Assembly (NCBI GenBank): GCA_013265495.1 | Contig: MU058836.1 | Location: 806,001 to 870,000, forward strand | Direction of reading: 5' to 3' | DNA from: Vicugna vicugna | Lineage: Eukaryota | Length of the DNA: 64,000 nt | Shown: piece after piece, positions 37,163-51,882 of the stretch | How the letters are laid out: each line of letters begins with the position of its first letter | How positions within the stretch are numbered: position 1 is the first letter of the stretch | Notes under the pieces: generated by a model | Told to the model about the DNA's origin: nothing | Seen by the model: only the letters and a program-made list of their open reading frames with translations | Databases searched by the model: none | Made by a program: the position numbers and the translations under genes

Positions 37163-39360
37163 TAAACTGGGGCAACTCTTGAACAGAAGAGGATAACCCC
37201 CCAACTACCCTACTTGAGATGGCGAAGCTTCCCGTTTGTTTTCACAAACCAAAATGAGATGGTAGGAGTCAAATAGGTTCTCGGGTAGAAAGAATATTTT
37301 GCTAGAAAAGGCGTTTTGCTGGAAAAGAGAGAGACTGAAAGTCTGTTGATGTGTAGGAAACACTATTGTTAATCCTTTGTGTGTGTACAAGTTAAAATCT
37401 AGGGCATATAAAATTAAATGTCATGAGGAAAATGTAATAAGCAGGCATCTGAATTATGAGGTACTCTTTATTATACAGTGTGAACGGCTCTGTAATGCAG
37501 TAATGACAGTACACTGAGGACTTCAGAACTGATAGGTACTAAAGTAAATACTTCAGCTATTTGCGCAAGTTGAATAGTCTTGTCCTGTTACATTTCTGGA
37601 AAATCTTCCTCGTTTTAGTTATGGACGCTTTCTCTTTCAGGTTAGAAAAAGTTAATGCAAGTGATGTTTCCTCGTGATGTTAGAAAAATTTGAATACATT
37701 TAAAATGTCAATATTTTATGAATGATGTATCTTCTACTTGAGATAACAGACACTTAGTAAATATGTTGTTAACAACCTTCTGATAAACACTTTTCATACA
37801 CAAACCTTGTGCCAGAAGGCTCTGTATAGGAAGAAGGTTGGATTCCAAGAGCAACAACCACAATTCAATACAAAGAGAAATTTATGAGAATACAGGCTTT
37901 TTTGTTTAAATAGCTTTAATTGCTTTTTAAAAATAAAGCCTAAATATTTGCACCTGTACTCCTTTTTAAAAGTTTCTCCATTTAAAATAGAAACTCATTT
38001 TAGAATATTTTGAAAACTAGAACATTTAAATCTGAGAAAACCAGAATTGACATTTTGGTGTTTCCTTCTAGTCTTTTCTCTTAATTTTCGATTTGCTTCT
38101 CTCTCTCCTTCAAGGCACACACATTTCAACTTACACAATTGGAATCATACTGTTCATAGTCGTATATCCTGCTTTTTCCACTTAACATACCATGAGCATT
38201 TTTCCATGTCATTAAATATGCTTTGAATACGTCCTTGGCCACATGAAATTCCACCCTACTGATGCACCTGTTTTCTTTTAAGCTAAGACACATGCCACGT
38301 TTTCCAGTCGTGCTAGACTCTTAAAAGCCAAGGAAAATACTTTGTGTTGATCCACCATGAGCCTCTGATGAATTTCTGTTTTTCATTCCATTTATAAAAT
38401 GTACCCACAGTGCAAACACCTCTGAACACTAGGTATAATGGAGAGTTAATAAGCACTCTAACGAAAATGCCAGTCAGCTTCTGTCCGCTTGACAATATTA
38501 ATTAGTCTCCCACATCGCCATTACAAACGTGTGGTGTCAACAAGTGTCACAATGCTTTTTCTATTATGAAGTTCAGATTCTCCAGTATCTGCTGCCAAAA
38601 AGTATCAGTGCAGTTTTAAGTTTTAATAACTTGAGAAATACGTTACCAACGTACAGAAGCACCATTTAAACTTTAAATTGACTTTACACTCAGTTTGGTG
38701 ACTGAATCATTCTTGCCTAGGTTCAACCTGCTGAAACAATGGAGCTGGTTACCTTTAGACAGATGGAGTTTTCAATATCTACTAGAAACTGGGGTTCTGC
38801 CCTCTTTTAAGGCTGTAACTAAAAGTCACGTATCTGTTACACAAACGAAGCATAAATGAATCCTTTAATCCTCAGGAGGGCACTGTGGAACTATGTTCCC
38901 CGGGTTGTCTGCTATGGGAAGTTTCTTTTGTTACACAAATTGTTCTAAGTGCAAGGCGAGGCCAGAGTTTTATATTTTCATTGAATTTTAAAGACAAACC
39001 ATGAAGATCTTTTAAAATGTGAAACTGGAATGTGTATGTTTATTTCATGACTACGCTCGTATTAAACTGAGCAAATCGAAGACTGATTGAGCTGTTTCTA
39101 CCTGGAAATTCATATTCAGATAAGGAAACTGCTTTCATGTACTTTTTCACATACATTCAGAAGAGCAACCTGAACCAGGTAAGTTTAATTCGATGATCTC
39201 AAGCACTCTCATAAAGCTAAAGCAGTCATTAAAAAGTTTTTTATTCTGTTGAGATAAAGCTGGCTTTTTTAGTATGCTTTTCACATGCCTACCCACTTGG
39301 TTTAAACTGAAGTGTCTGTTATGTGCTCTTCCCAGGGAAAAACAACACAAAACAAAAACG

Positions 39361-40262
39361 TTCAGATAAAATATTATAGGTTTATTTAAAACTTAATTCT
39401 CACCTTGAGTATGCAAAATACAAACTCCACAAAATGTTCATTTTTTTACTTTGTAGTTTACAAATATACAAAATAGAAGTTTGCTTAAATTTATATTACA
39501 TATTTATTAAGGCAAGGAACTATATAGAAAAAAACATTTGTTCTGCTTAAGGCATACTTGGGAATAAACCATTGTACAAATTATTGCACATCTGAAACCA
39601 CAGTGCATAACAGACTGTCTGCATAAAAAGGTTAAAGTAAACCAGGTGTATTTACCTGACTTAGGTCATAAATGTAGATCGGAAGACAAAAATAGATTTT
39701 CCTTGTCAAAGTATGCAGCAGTTTGAGAACTTTGGCCTCATTTGGTACCTTTAGAACCAAGACTCACCGAGCACCATCATTTAGGCTATTAAAACACATT
39801 TTCTGTACCTGAATTTCTTCCTCTTCCTCTAAGATTGTAAAAATGGCTTTTAGAAGGCAAAGAGAATACAAGGTGATCTTTATGCTTATATTGCATCGAA
39901 ACAATTCAAGGGATTCTGGCCTCCCCCCCACCCCCGCAACTCATGGATCTAATTTATACCCTGATATCCACAACTTCCAGTCACCCCCTTGGCATTTTGT
40001 AAGTCCAGGAATATATATTCAAGTTGGATTTAGGATTGGAATGATAGAAGATCCAGTCACAGACCCCATCTGTTCTTTGATTTGTCTTTTGGTGTCCTCA
40101 TGTCTCCTGATTATCCATCCACAAGTTGACTCCTTGGGAACTTGACCGTGATTGTAGTGCTTTCCAGCTGGGTTTCTCCCCTCACCGGGAAGACAGTGTG
40201 AAAGGTAACGAATACTGAACTCTCTTCTGGCAGTGTGGGTCACATCCACTGTTTGGGGACTT
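39361..40262 (-). other. KLF4: KLF4 3' UTR
   Basis: AU-rich sequence after the stop codon, ending about 20 nt past AATAAA and followed by a U/GU-rich tract (gtttttgttttgtgttgttttt on minus). Confidence 0.85.
39381..39386 (-). terminator. KLF4 polyadenylation signal AATAAA
   Basis: tttatt on plus strand; GU-rich downstream element at about 39338-39360. Confidence 0.85.
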
Positions 40263-43572
<3,310 letters not shown>

Positions 43573-44176
43573 TAATGTGGGGGCCGAAAAGGTCCTCGGG
43601 AGTCCGAAGCAGTGGGGGTATCCGAACCCCAAAGTCAACGAAGAGGAAAAAAACTTAGAAACGAAGCCAAAACCAAAACCCCAAATTGCCCGAAATCCTT
43701 CTTCTTTGGATTAAATATAAGAGGGAGATGACTTTTTTAAAAAGTTCCTTTGTATACAAAAGTTCTTAGAAAAGTTGTAAACTCATAAAAATAGTCAGCA
43801 AGGCGAGTAAGTAGGTCCGGTGGCCAGGCTGCGCTCTCTTCGACTCAGCAGCGTCCCCCACCGCTGTCGAGGTCGCCGCGGCTATCGCCGTGGGCGCTGG
43901 GGCTGTGGCCGGGGTGGCGGGCGGGCGGCGCCGCCAGGTGAGACTGGCCGCGGTGGCGCGGATCTGCGGACTGGGCGGCGGCGAGGGGCGCGGAGTCCGG
44001 AGGGCTGCGCGGGGCGCGCGCGGCCATGGGCGCTGGCCGCGGGCGGGTGGCTGGGTGGGTGGGGGGCCGGAGGGGCGGGGAGGGGCACTTGGCGGCTCCC
44101 GGTGCCGCCGCCGCCCGCCACCGCCTCTGCTCCCCGCGCGCCCGCAGCCGCGCTCGCTCTCTCGGGCCGGGGAACT
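43573..44176 (-). other. KLF4: KLF4 5' UTR (exon 1, about 600 nt)
   Basis: TSS inferred at the Inr-like GGCAGTT about 31 nt downstream of TATAAG; exact TSS not measured. Confidence 0.7.
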
Positions 44177-44670
44177 GCCGGCGGCCGCCGCGCGCTCCTT
44201 ACTTATAACTTCTTGGCTCCCGCCCTTCCCCCGCCTCCTACCCGCTGTGCACGGGGGCCCGCCGCCAGGCCCCGCCCCCTCCCTTTCTTCTCCCCTCCCT
44301 TCACGGCCCCCCGCGCGTTGCCATGGCAGCTAAATAAACAAACTCGGCGCACGTGGGGGCGGGGAAGAGGGAGGGGCGCGGGCGGGGCCCGGCGGGCCGT
44401 GACGCCAGCCCGGCAGCTGGCGGGCAGGAGCGGCGCTGACGCCGGCGGCGGTGGCGGCTGCGGCCCTGGCGCGGGGTATGGGACGCAGGTCCGGTCGTCG
44501 CGCGACCAAGACAGTTGGCGTCGCCACGGGCCGCTCCCTGGGGTCGGAGCCCGCGGCGGAGAAAGCTGGTGGGGGGAGAGGGGGATGGTAACGCGCCCCG
44601 CCCCCGCCCTGCTGCGCGCTCGCCGCGCAGCCTGCGCACTAGAGAGGAGCGCGATTATCCGCGTGACTCA
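44176..44670 (-). promoter_or_regulatory. KLF4 core/proximal promoter
   Basis: TATAAG 44202-44207; X-box-like GTTGCCATGGCAGC 44317-44330; forkhead-like TAAATAAACA 44331-44340; E-box CACGTG 44350-44355; several GC boxes; AP-1 TGACTCA 44664-44670. Confidence 0.85.
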
Positions 44671-47499
44671 TCCAGCCTTGTCCCTCTCACACGCACGCAG
44701 GAGCCCGGCTCTAGTCCCCCGGCGCCACTGCGGGAGCTTGGCCTGGCCTCGCACGGTTGTTTGCGGACTTTTCTGCGGGATGGGGGTGGGAGAGTAGAGA
44801 GAAGGCGGGGGCCCGGCACGGCGCGGCGAGGACTGGGAGCCTGAGAAGGCCGGAGGGCTGTTCGCCTGGGAAGGGCGGAAAGAGGCCGGGATGGGAAATA
44901 GAACTACAAATTTGATATTTAAAGGAGCGAGGAAGGGAGTGAAAGGGCTCAAGATTCAGTTTGTGAGGCGAGGGAGGGAAGAGGGGCGGGAGGGGCGGGG
45001 ACACCTTTCATCCAGGAATTTTAAAGCACTTTGTAAGTCAGGCGCTCTTCTTTCCACTTTATGGATGAGAAAACTGAGTCATGAAGAGTTGAAATGGCGA
45101 GGCAAGGGTCAAACGGCAAGTCGCTCCCTTGGCTCTGGGTCCGAGCGGTCAAGCCCACCGAAAGGGACTTAGTTGAAAAGTGGCCCCGTGCCAGGAAGTG
45201 GAGAGATGCAATGGGACCCCAGTTCCCGGAAAGGGCACACGGAGCTCGCGGCAGCCGTCCCTGCCTACCGGGAAAAGAAGAGGAAACGGCTATCATTATT
45301 TCAGTCTTGTAACTCTGCCTCCCCACCCCCACTCCCCCTTAGTTTGTGATCAGTAATTTTCCAGCAGGGAAATGTTTTCGCTCTCATCTCTACAAACAGT
45401 GCCTTTTTTTTTTTTTTAAACGTGAGTGTAGTGTTCGGTATCGCTTTCTGAACGTAGGCTTGCGAGGTGTTTTATTTGGATTCAGGCGCGCAGAGGGCTG
45501 CGCCCGCCCTTTCCACCAAGCCCACTCGTTAGTATATGCAGCCGGCAGCAGTCGGGTGTCAGCCCAAGAAATAAAAGGGAAGAGACGGACTGGGGAAAGG
45601 GTCGAAAACCCCGGCACTGGACAGAGTGTTTGCTCACCCTCGTTGAGATCCAGTTGTACTTTAAGTCGTTGTCACCTGTTTTGAGTCCTGCGATCCGGGT
45701 ACCTATTAGGTTTCCTCGGAATATTTGTTATCCTTGATTTCTCCACCCCTTGCCAACCGCAGAAGCATTCTTGGAATGCATCGCGCCCCGATTGAATCCA
45801 CTCGGCCTTCTCTGCCAACGCCAGGAATCCCTCTCGGTCCGGAGAGTTGGAAGCCCTTGAGGATGACTTCCGTCCTTCAGCCGGGTTTTCGCCAAAGGCT
45901 GCGAGCCCTTACAGCTGAGGGGAGGGCAAGCTTTGGCAGGGAAACCTCGACCCTCCCTCCTGTGGCCTGGAGGGTTTCAACCCCACCCCAGAGGAGCAGG
46001 CCAGTTATTTTAACTCTGAAAATATTGCCCGTTTCAAAAGGAAGAACCAAGAAAGAAGGATATATGCTACCTCCTTCCCGTGGTCCCTTCATTTGTGATG
46101 GCAACAGTTTCTTGGACTTGAGGGTTGCAGGGGACCGCTATACACTTTTTCATCAAGGCCAAGGTTCCTAAACCCCATTGAACTTGGATGAGCCCTTGAT
46201 CGGCAGCCATCACCCTCAGGATGTAAGTATGTGAGGACTGGGAATTTCCGATTTAGGTAGCTAGTGCTGAAGATTTGTCTCCCTTTTTTTTTTTTTTTTA
46301 ATCTAAGGCAGTAGCCCTTCCCCTTCAACAAAAGTCACCACCACAATGAAAAAAAACAATAGTCCACTGATGAATTGGAAAACCACTATTATTATGTCAT
46401 ATAGTCAAGACGAGATTCTGAAGCTCAATTAAAAAGATGAACTTGTAGTTTCCAAACAGCCTCCTGGAGGAGGAAAGGCAGTGCCCCTTTGTGGCAGGCA
46501 ACTCTCTGGTTAATTCTTCTGGATTGCATCATAAAGGGAAATCTCTATATTTTTTCCAGATTTCTAAAAGAGGTAAGGAACTTCAAGTTCACAAATCATC
46601 TCCTTTCAAGGCAGGTGCCTGGTGTGACAACAGGGTTATGACCCTCCCTCTTGTCTTCAGAACAGGTAGGTCCAGAAGAGTTAAATCCCTGCCCTATATA
46701 ATTTATAAACATGAGGCTGAGTAAACGTTTGATGACTAAATTGCACTCTAACATAATAGTGGAAGACACCCTTTAAAGAAGAATTAAATACTTACTGGTA
46801 ACTTTATTTTAGCAAACTGATATTACAAGTTTTGTGGTATGGAAGTTAATTATTAATGTCCTTGGAGTCATAAAATTTTTTTTTTCCCAGTGTAAACTGC
46901 ATTAGTTGGCAGAAGATGTGATGGAAACCATTAGCGCTAAGGGCTTAATGTGGAGCCATGGAGGGGTGTGATGGGTTGAAGAGACTGCATAATTGTTTCA
47001 GGTGAAGGACTCTGCACCCAGAACTGGGCACGGGATCTGGGCATCCGGCAGTTGGCAGCACCCTGACCTGGTGTCTATGCATAAATGCCACAGGACTCAG
47101 GAAAAGCTGCTTTGTCAGAAGGTGAAAGCAAGAGATGCTTTTAGGTATCCAAATTGGCTTTGAGATGAAATCCCTACGGATAAATAACAGAGAGAGTCTT
47201 GTCACTTTCTCGAGGTGGCAAAGCTTTTCTCACCCTCTGAGTAACTCCTGTGTCCTGGTAAACTCCAGCCTGTTTTCCATCTCAGTCTGGTGTAGAAGTT
47301 AAGTAAGTGGGCTTTAACACTAGATTTCTCCGGTTTGTGTTCTGTCTCTTTCTGGCTGGGCAAGTTCCTTGACTTCACTTTGCCTGTTTCTTCTATACAA
47401 TGGAGATATTAATAGGATGAAGATTCTAAATGGAACCATCCAAGTAAAGTATTTAGTGCAGGAGTTGATATGTAATAGGTGTTAATATCACCAGTATTC

Positions 47500-47626
47500 T
47501 CCAGGGCACCTTCAGCTTCATGAGGACAGGAGCTACTACTCTGTTCACTGCTGTATCCCCCAGTTCTAGTACAGTGCCTGCCTAGCACATGGTAGCACTC
47601 TATTAAGTGTTTGTTGAATGAATAAA
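47500..47626 (+). mobile_element. L2 3' end (representative; other L2 pieces at about 4270-5060, 10190, 13100, 19905, 56550, 62420-62900)
   Basis: ctgttcactgctgtatcccc...acagtgcctg...gtagcactctattaagtgtttgttgaatgaat. Confidence 0.8.
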
Positions 47627-50357
47627 TAATGTGCTTTTCATTTCTCAACAGTCCCTTAACAGGAAACCTGTCTTTCTTTTCAGCTCTCAACTATGCTCGC
47701 TAATCCCTTTTTGTCAACCTCAATCCACTCAGACTGGTATTATAATTTTCCCCAGAAAAATCTGTCACCTGGATTTCCCTCAACTCCTGCCTTATTTTCT
47801 TTGACCTGGGCATCCAGACGTCCACAGATTTCAACCATTTCCATTCTTGAATATCTCCACTATCTTTCCCCTACTATCAGGTTGGGCTGCCTTGGTAAAG
47901 CCCTCTTCATTTATCACTTTTAATTATTGCTATAACCTCCAAACTGTTGTTCGCCGCCGCCGCCTCCCCCATAACCCCACTGGGATTTCCCTGCTAGATC
48001 TAATCCATTTTGTTCACAAATCACCACAGTTCCACATCTGTCCAACCCCTGCCCCCACCTCAACCCTGCAAGAGCTGCCCTTCGCCTGAAAGAGCGAGAC
48101 CAAACTCCTTAGTCTATGTACCCAACTCTTCCCACTCTGGCCCTCCGCAGACGAACAGTATCTTCTCTAGAGACTGACCGCACCCTCCCTCAACTTTAAC
48201 TGACTGTTCTCTCAAGTCTCTGAAGACACGATGTGTATTTTCCTCATCTGTTTTCCTGCCTGAAATGCCTTTTCTCCTCTCGGGGCTCTCATCAGCCTCA
48301 AACTCCAGAGCCCCTCTTAACTGTCCCTTGGTCTGTTAGTCCCTGTCTAGATCAGTCCTCTTTCCTCTGAACTCTAATAAAGCCACGTGGCCACTGCGCT
48401 ATGCCATTTACCCAGTGGACTCCTGGTTACTTGTTTGTGGCTCCGGTTCCACGGGGGCATCTTTAGGACAAATGCCCAGTGAGTATTCAATGTAGCATGA
48501 AGGGAGCCAGTGAAACCGACTTGGTGAAATGATTCATCTGGGAGCCCTGCCCTTATCTTGTCAGTATCGTCTCTGTTTCTGGCGGAGAGTTCACTGGCTT
48601 GGTACTCTGCTCTGCAGTCCCTTCTCTTCTTCCACCTACTTCTTTTCTTTGAAAAAATCCAATGAAGGAGGCAGAAGGTCAAGTCCTTCATAATTCTGTC
48701 CTCTCAAAGCACTCGGACGAAAAGTGAGGGGACAGCCCAAGCCAAGGCATTGTAATCAGACAAACTGGAAAACACAAGCAAAAATAACTGAAAGCCAAAC
48801 CAAAACCAAACGGAGAAAACATCCACTCTTCTGTAGGCAAATCCATTGCCTTTCAAAACCCAGACAGTGAGTTTTGAAGTTTTTAGAGCAGAAAATGAAT
48901 CACAGACATGTAGAAATCAATTCAGAAATTTAATTAAAATCTTGTTCATGAACCTTTAGGTCAAATCACTTAAGCTACCTTCTTACCGCCCAGATGTGAG
49001 GCCCAGTCCATTCTTTAAGCTGTTCAAAAAGAAATTCTGCACCTGATGAGATTGTCTGAACAACTTGAACTATTCTGACAGTGATATGTTAAATTCAGCT
49101 TTTCAGTGTCCTTAGCTTGTTCTGGGATGTTAAGAAGATACAAACAAAAATTTAAAAAAAACTCTTTTTAGGTTTTTTTATTTTTAAATGTCTAAGTTAC
49201 AGAGTAATCTTAAGAGTAAGATACATTCTTGTCATACTTCTCTTACCTATTAAATTAGGGTCTAGCATCTTTATCTATGATGAGTGTTTTTAAGGCCACA
49301 GAAGAATCCTCTGATACTATATGCTTTGGAAAATAAACCTAGTATTTAAAGTAAACGAGCCAGCAAAGAAGGCAGATCAGCAGAGAAAGCTGTTGCTGGA
49401 ATTTTCTCCTTAAACCTGGTTCACCGGATTTTCCTGGCCTGGTAAACTCTTTCCCCAGGGAGAATTAGCACTGAAAAGAGAAGTAAAACATGATTATACT
49501 CTCAAAGATTCTCTCTCCTTAATTTAAAAAGCCTCGCTATACTGTATGTCAACTGTATCTCAAAAAAACTGGAGGGAAAAAAATCTCTGTCCTCAGACTC
49601 TTCAACCAGTACAGTGTCGCCCTTCTGAGGAAAACATGGTTCCCTGGTTTAAATCAGAATGGGTCAAACTTCTGCACCATGGAAAGTGTAGGGATTTTCA
49701 GGGTTTGAAAACCAGTGCTTCACACCCTGAGAAATGCAAACAAGAGACAAACAATTCTGTGTTTAATTTCCTTCTCAGTTTGTGCCCCGGACAAAAGGAG
49801 AGATTATTTTTGCCAATTTGACATCATGTACTCCGGGCCAAGGAAATGATTTAAAAATAATAATAACAATATATTTGATTATCCTGCGGCTGACTCTTTC
49901 TCACAAACGTTGTGTTTGTTAATCAGTTTTAATGTACTGGCTGGTGAGGAGAGTGCTGGGAGAATGGCCACTGGTGTCAGTGTTTGAAAAAAAAGAAAGG
50001 TCAAAATAAATTTCTGGCAGCACTCAAATATTTCACATTGGGCTTGATGCATTTTTCCAAGTCGCTAACTCAGATCGAGGCATGTGGTCTTATGTCAAGA
50101 GATGATCAGGAGCTTCTTGAAAGAGGAAGCCCTAGAACAGAGGAATTCCCAGCATCATAATAGAGATTCAAGAAGGTAATCTGTTCAGGGACTACATTCT
50201 GTCTATGTTGTCAGTTACTAATTAATTTTTCTGATTGCCACACTTACCCAGCAAAGCTCTTAGAGGTAAGTGTTTATAGGAAACAGTGAACTGGTTGAAT
50301 TTCAATGTCCTGGGTTTCATTCAGCAAACTCAGTTTTCCATTTAAACAGAAACTTGG

Positions 50358-50436
50358 AAGGGGGAGGTTCAATCCCCAGTACCTCCATTAAAATAAATAA
50401 ATGAACCTAATTACCGCCCCCACCCCAATAAACAAA
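50358..50436 (+). mobile_element. Internally deleted Vic-1-like SINE
   Basis: 15-bp TSD TAAACAGAAACTTGG 50343-50357/50437-50451; 5' GGGGGAGG fused directly to the B box. Confidence 0.85.
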
Positions 50437-51829
50437 TAAACAGAAACTTGGGCTCCTTTAAAGACCAGACAGTATCTTTGGGTTGTGAGAGGGCAGATTA
50501 AAGTGTCATTATCTGATTTTGATTCTTTGCCTCTCCTGCTATATATATAAAACTCAGTGAAAGGAGGGGTCCTGGCAGAATTCATTGGGTTATGGAGATG
50601 AAGGAATGGCCTGGGGTGGAAGTGCAGCCACGCTGGGGGAGATGCCTGGGACTGCCCCCCGAGAATTTGGATTCCAGGCCCTGTGCTGCCTCGTACTAGG
50701 CTGATGAACTTAAGCATCTCTTCTAGCTGCCCTCTACTTTCCTTGTCTGTAACACGGGGCTCTGAGTGTACCTGCCTCACAGAGCTGTTGTGAGCACTGA
50801 GCTATTGGGTGTGAAGACTCCATTAATGTTAGCTTCTCCCCTCTAGCAATGAAACCTGACATAGTTATCTCTGTTTGATAAACTTGAAATCGGTTCTGCA
50901 GTGCCCAGTGTTGGGAGATGATGCAATATCTTGGTGTGATGACCAAAATACTTTCTCCCAGAATTTCCTTTCCGCTTCTAGCAGATATCCCAGCATCACT
51001 GCAGAGGCAACTACTAAGTACCAAGTTCGCCTAAAACCTCACAAAGACACTGTTTTAAGTAGGTCCAGATATACATTAACTTGGGAATCACACTCCTTGG
51101 GTTCATGCCATGACTTGCAAAGGCCTTTTTCGGCTGTGTCAGTGACCTTGACCCTTCATAAGCCAGTCAAGAGTTAGGTTGGAGAGAGGAGAGTTTCAAA
51201 GTCGAATTCACCATTGAAGGATTATTTATACTGGTTAACAATCTTGGCAAAGTTCTAATCTTGTCTTTCCTGGGAGAGAACTGGAAGGATCTGCTGTGTT
51301 CTCCCTCCAGAAATCAGAGGGAGCAGGGACATTCAAATGAATAATTAACGACTGTCAGACTCTGTACCGCATACCGCGCTGAGCAGTTTCTGTGTAGTAA
51401 GTCATTTCTCCTCGGAAGTTGGCACTGCCATTGGCGCACTAGAATGCAGGCTTCAAGAGCCAAGGACCCTACCTGACTTACTCTTATTCCAGAACACAAT
51501 GCAGTTTGCTGGCACATAGTAGGTGCTCAGTACATTTGTTTAACAAGTGAACCCCATTTTACAGTTTTAAAAACTACCGAGTAGTGGCGCTAGGTGACTG
51601 GTCCAGGGTCGTCACTTAGCATCACTCCTGTCGCATCACTTCTCCTCGTGTAGCCTGCCCTTCAGTCATGCCTGTTTGCCCCTTTTCCTAGCTATGCCAG
51701 GCTTCCCTGTGTCCAGAGTTCTTGGTTCAAGTTCTCCAGTGAATAAAGCTCTAACCTTCTGCCCAAGTTGGGGGGAAAAGCAGTCACCCTGCTGCTTCTG
51801 GTGGGAGAGGAATTTAGGGCCTGACGGCT

Positions 51830-51882
51830 TGGATGGATGGATGGATAGATGAATGGGTAGACGGGTGGGTGGATGGATGGAT
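51830..51882 (+). repeat. Degenerate (GGAT)n simple repeat
   Basis: tggatggatggatggatagatgaatggg...tggatggatgga. Confidence 0.9.

Noticed and set aside
43820..44797. 325-aa plus-strand ORF, and antisense ORF 42705..43493, over the KLF4 promoter
   Set aside because: Non-ATG starts and Arg/Gly/Ala/Pro-rich low complexity; expected from stop-codon depletion in a CpG island
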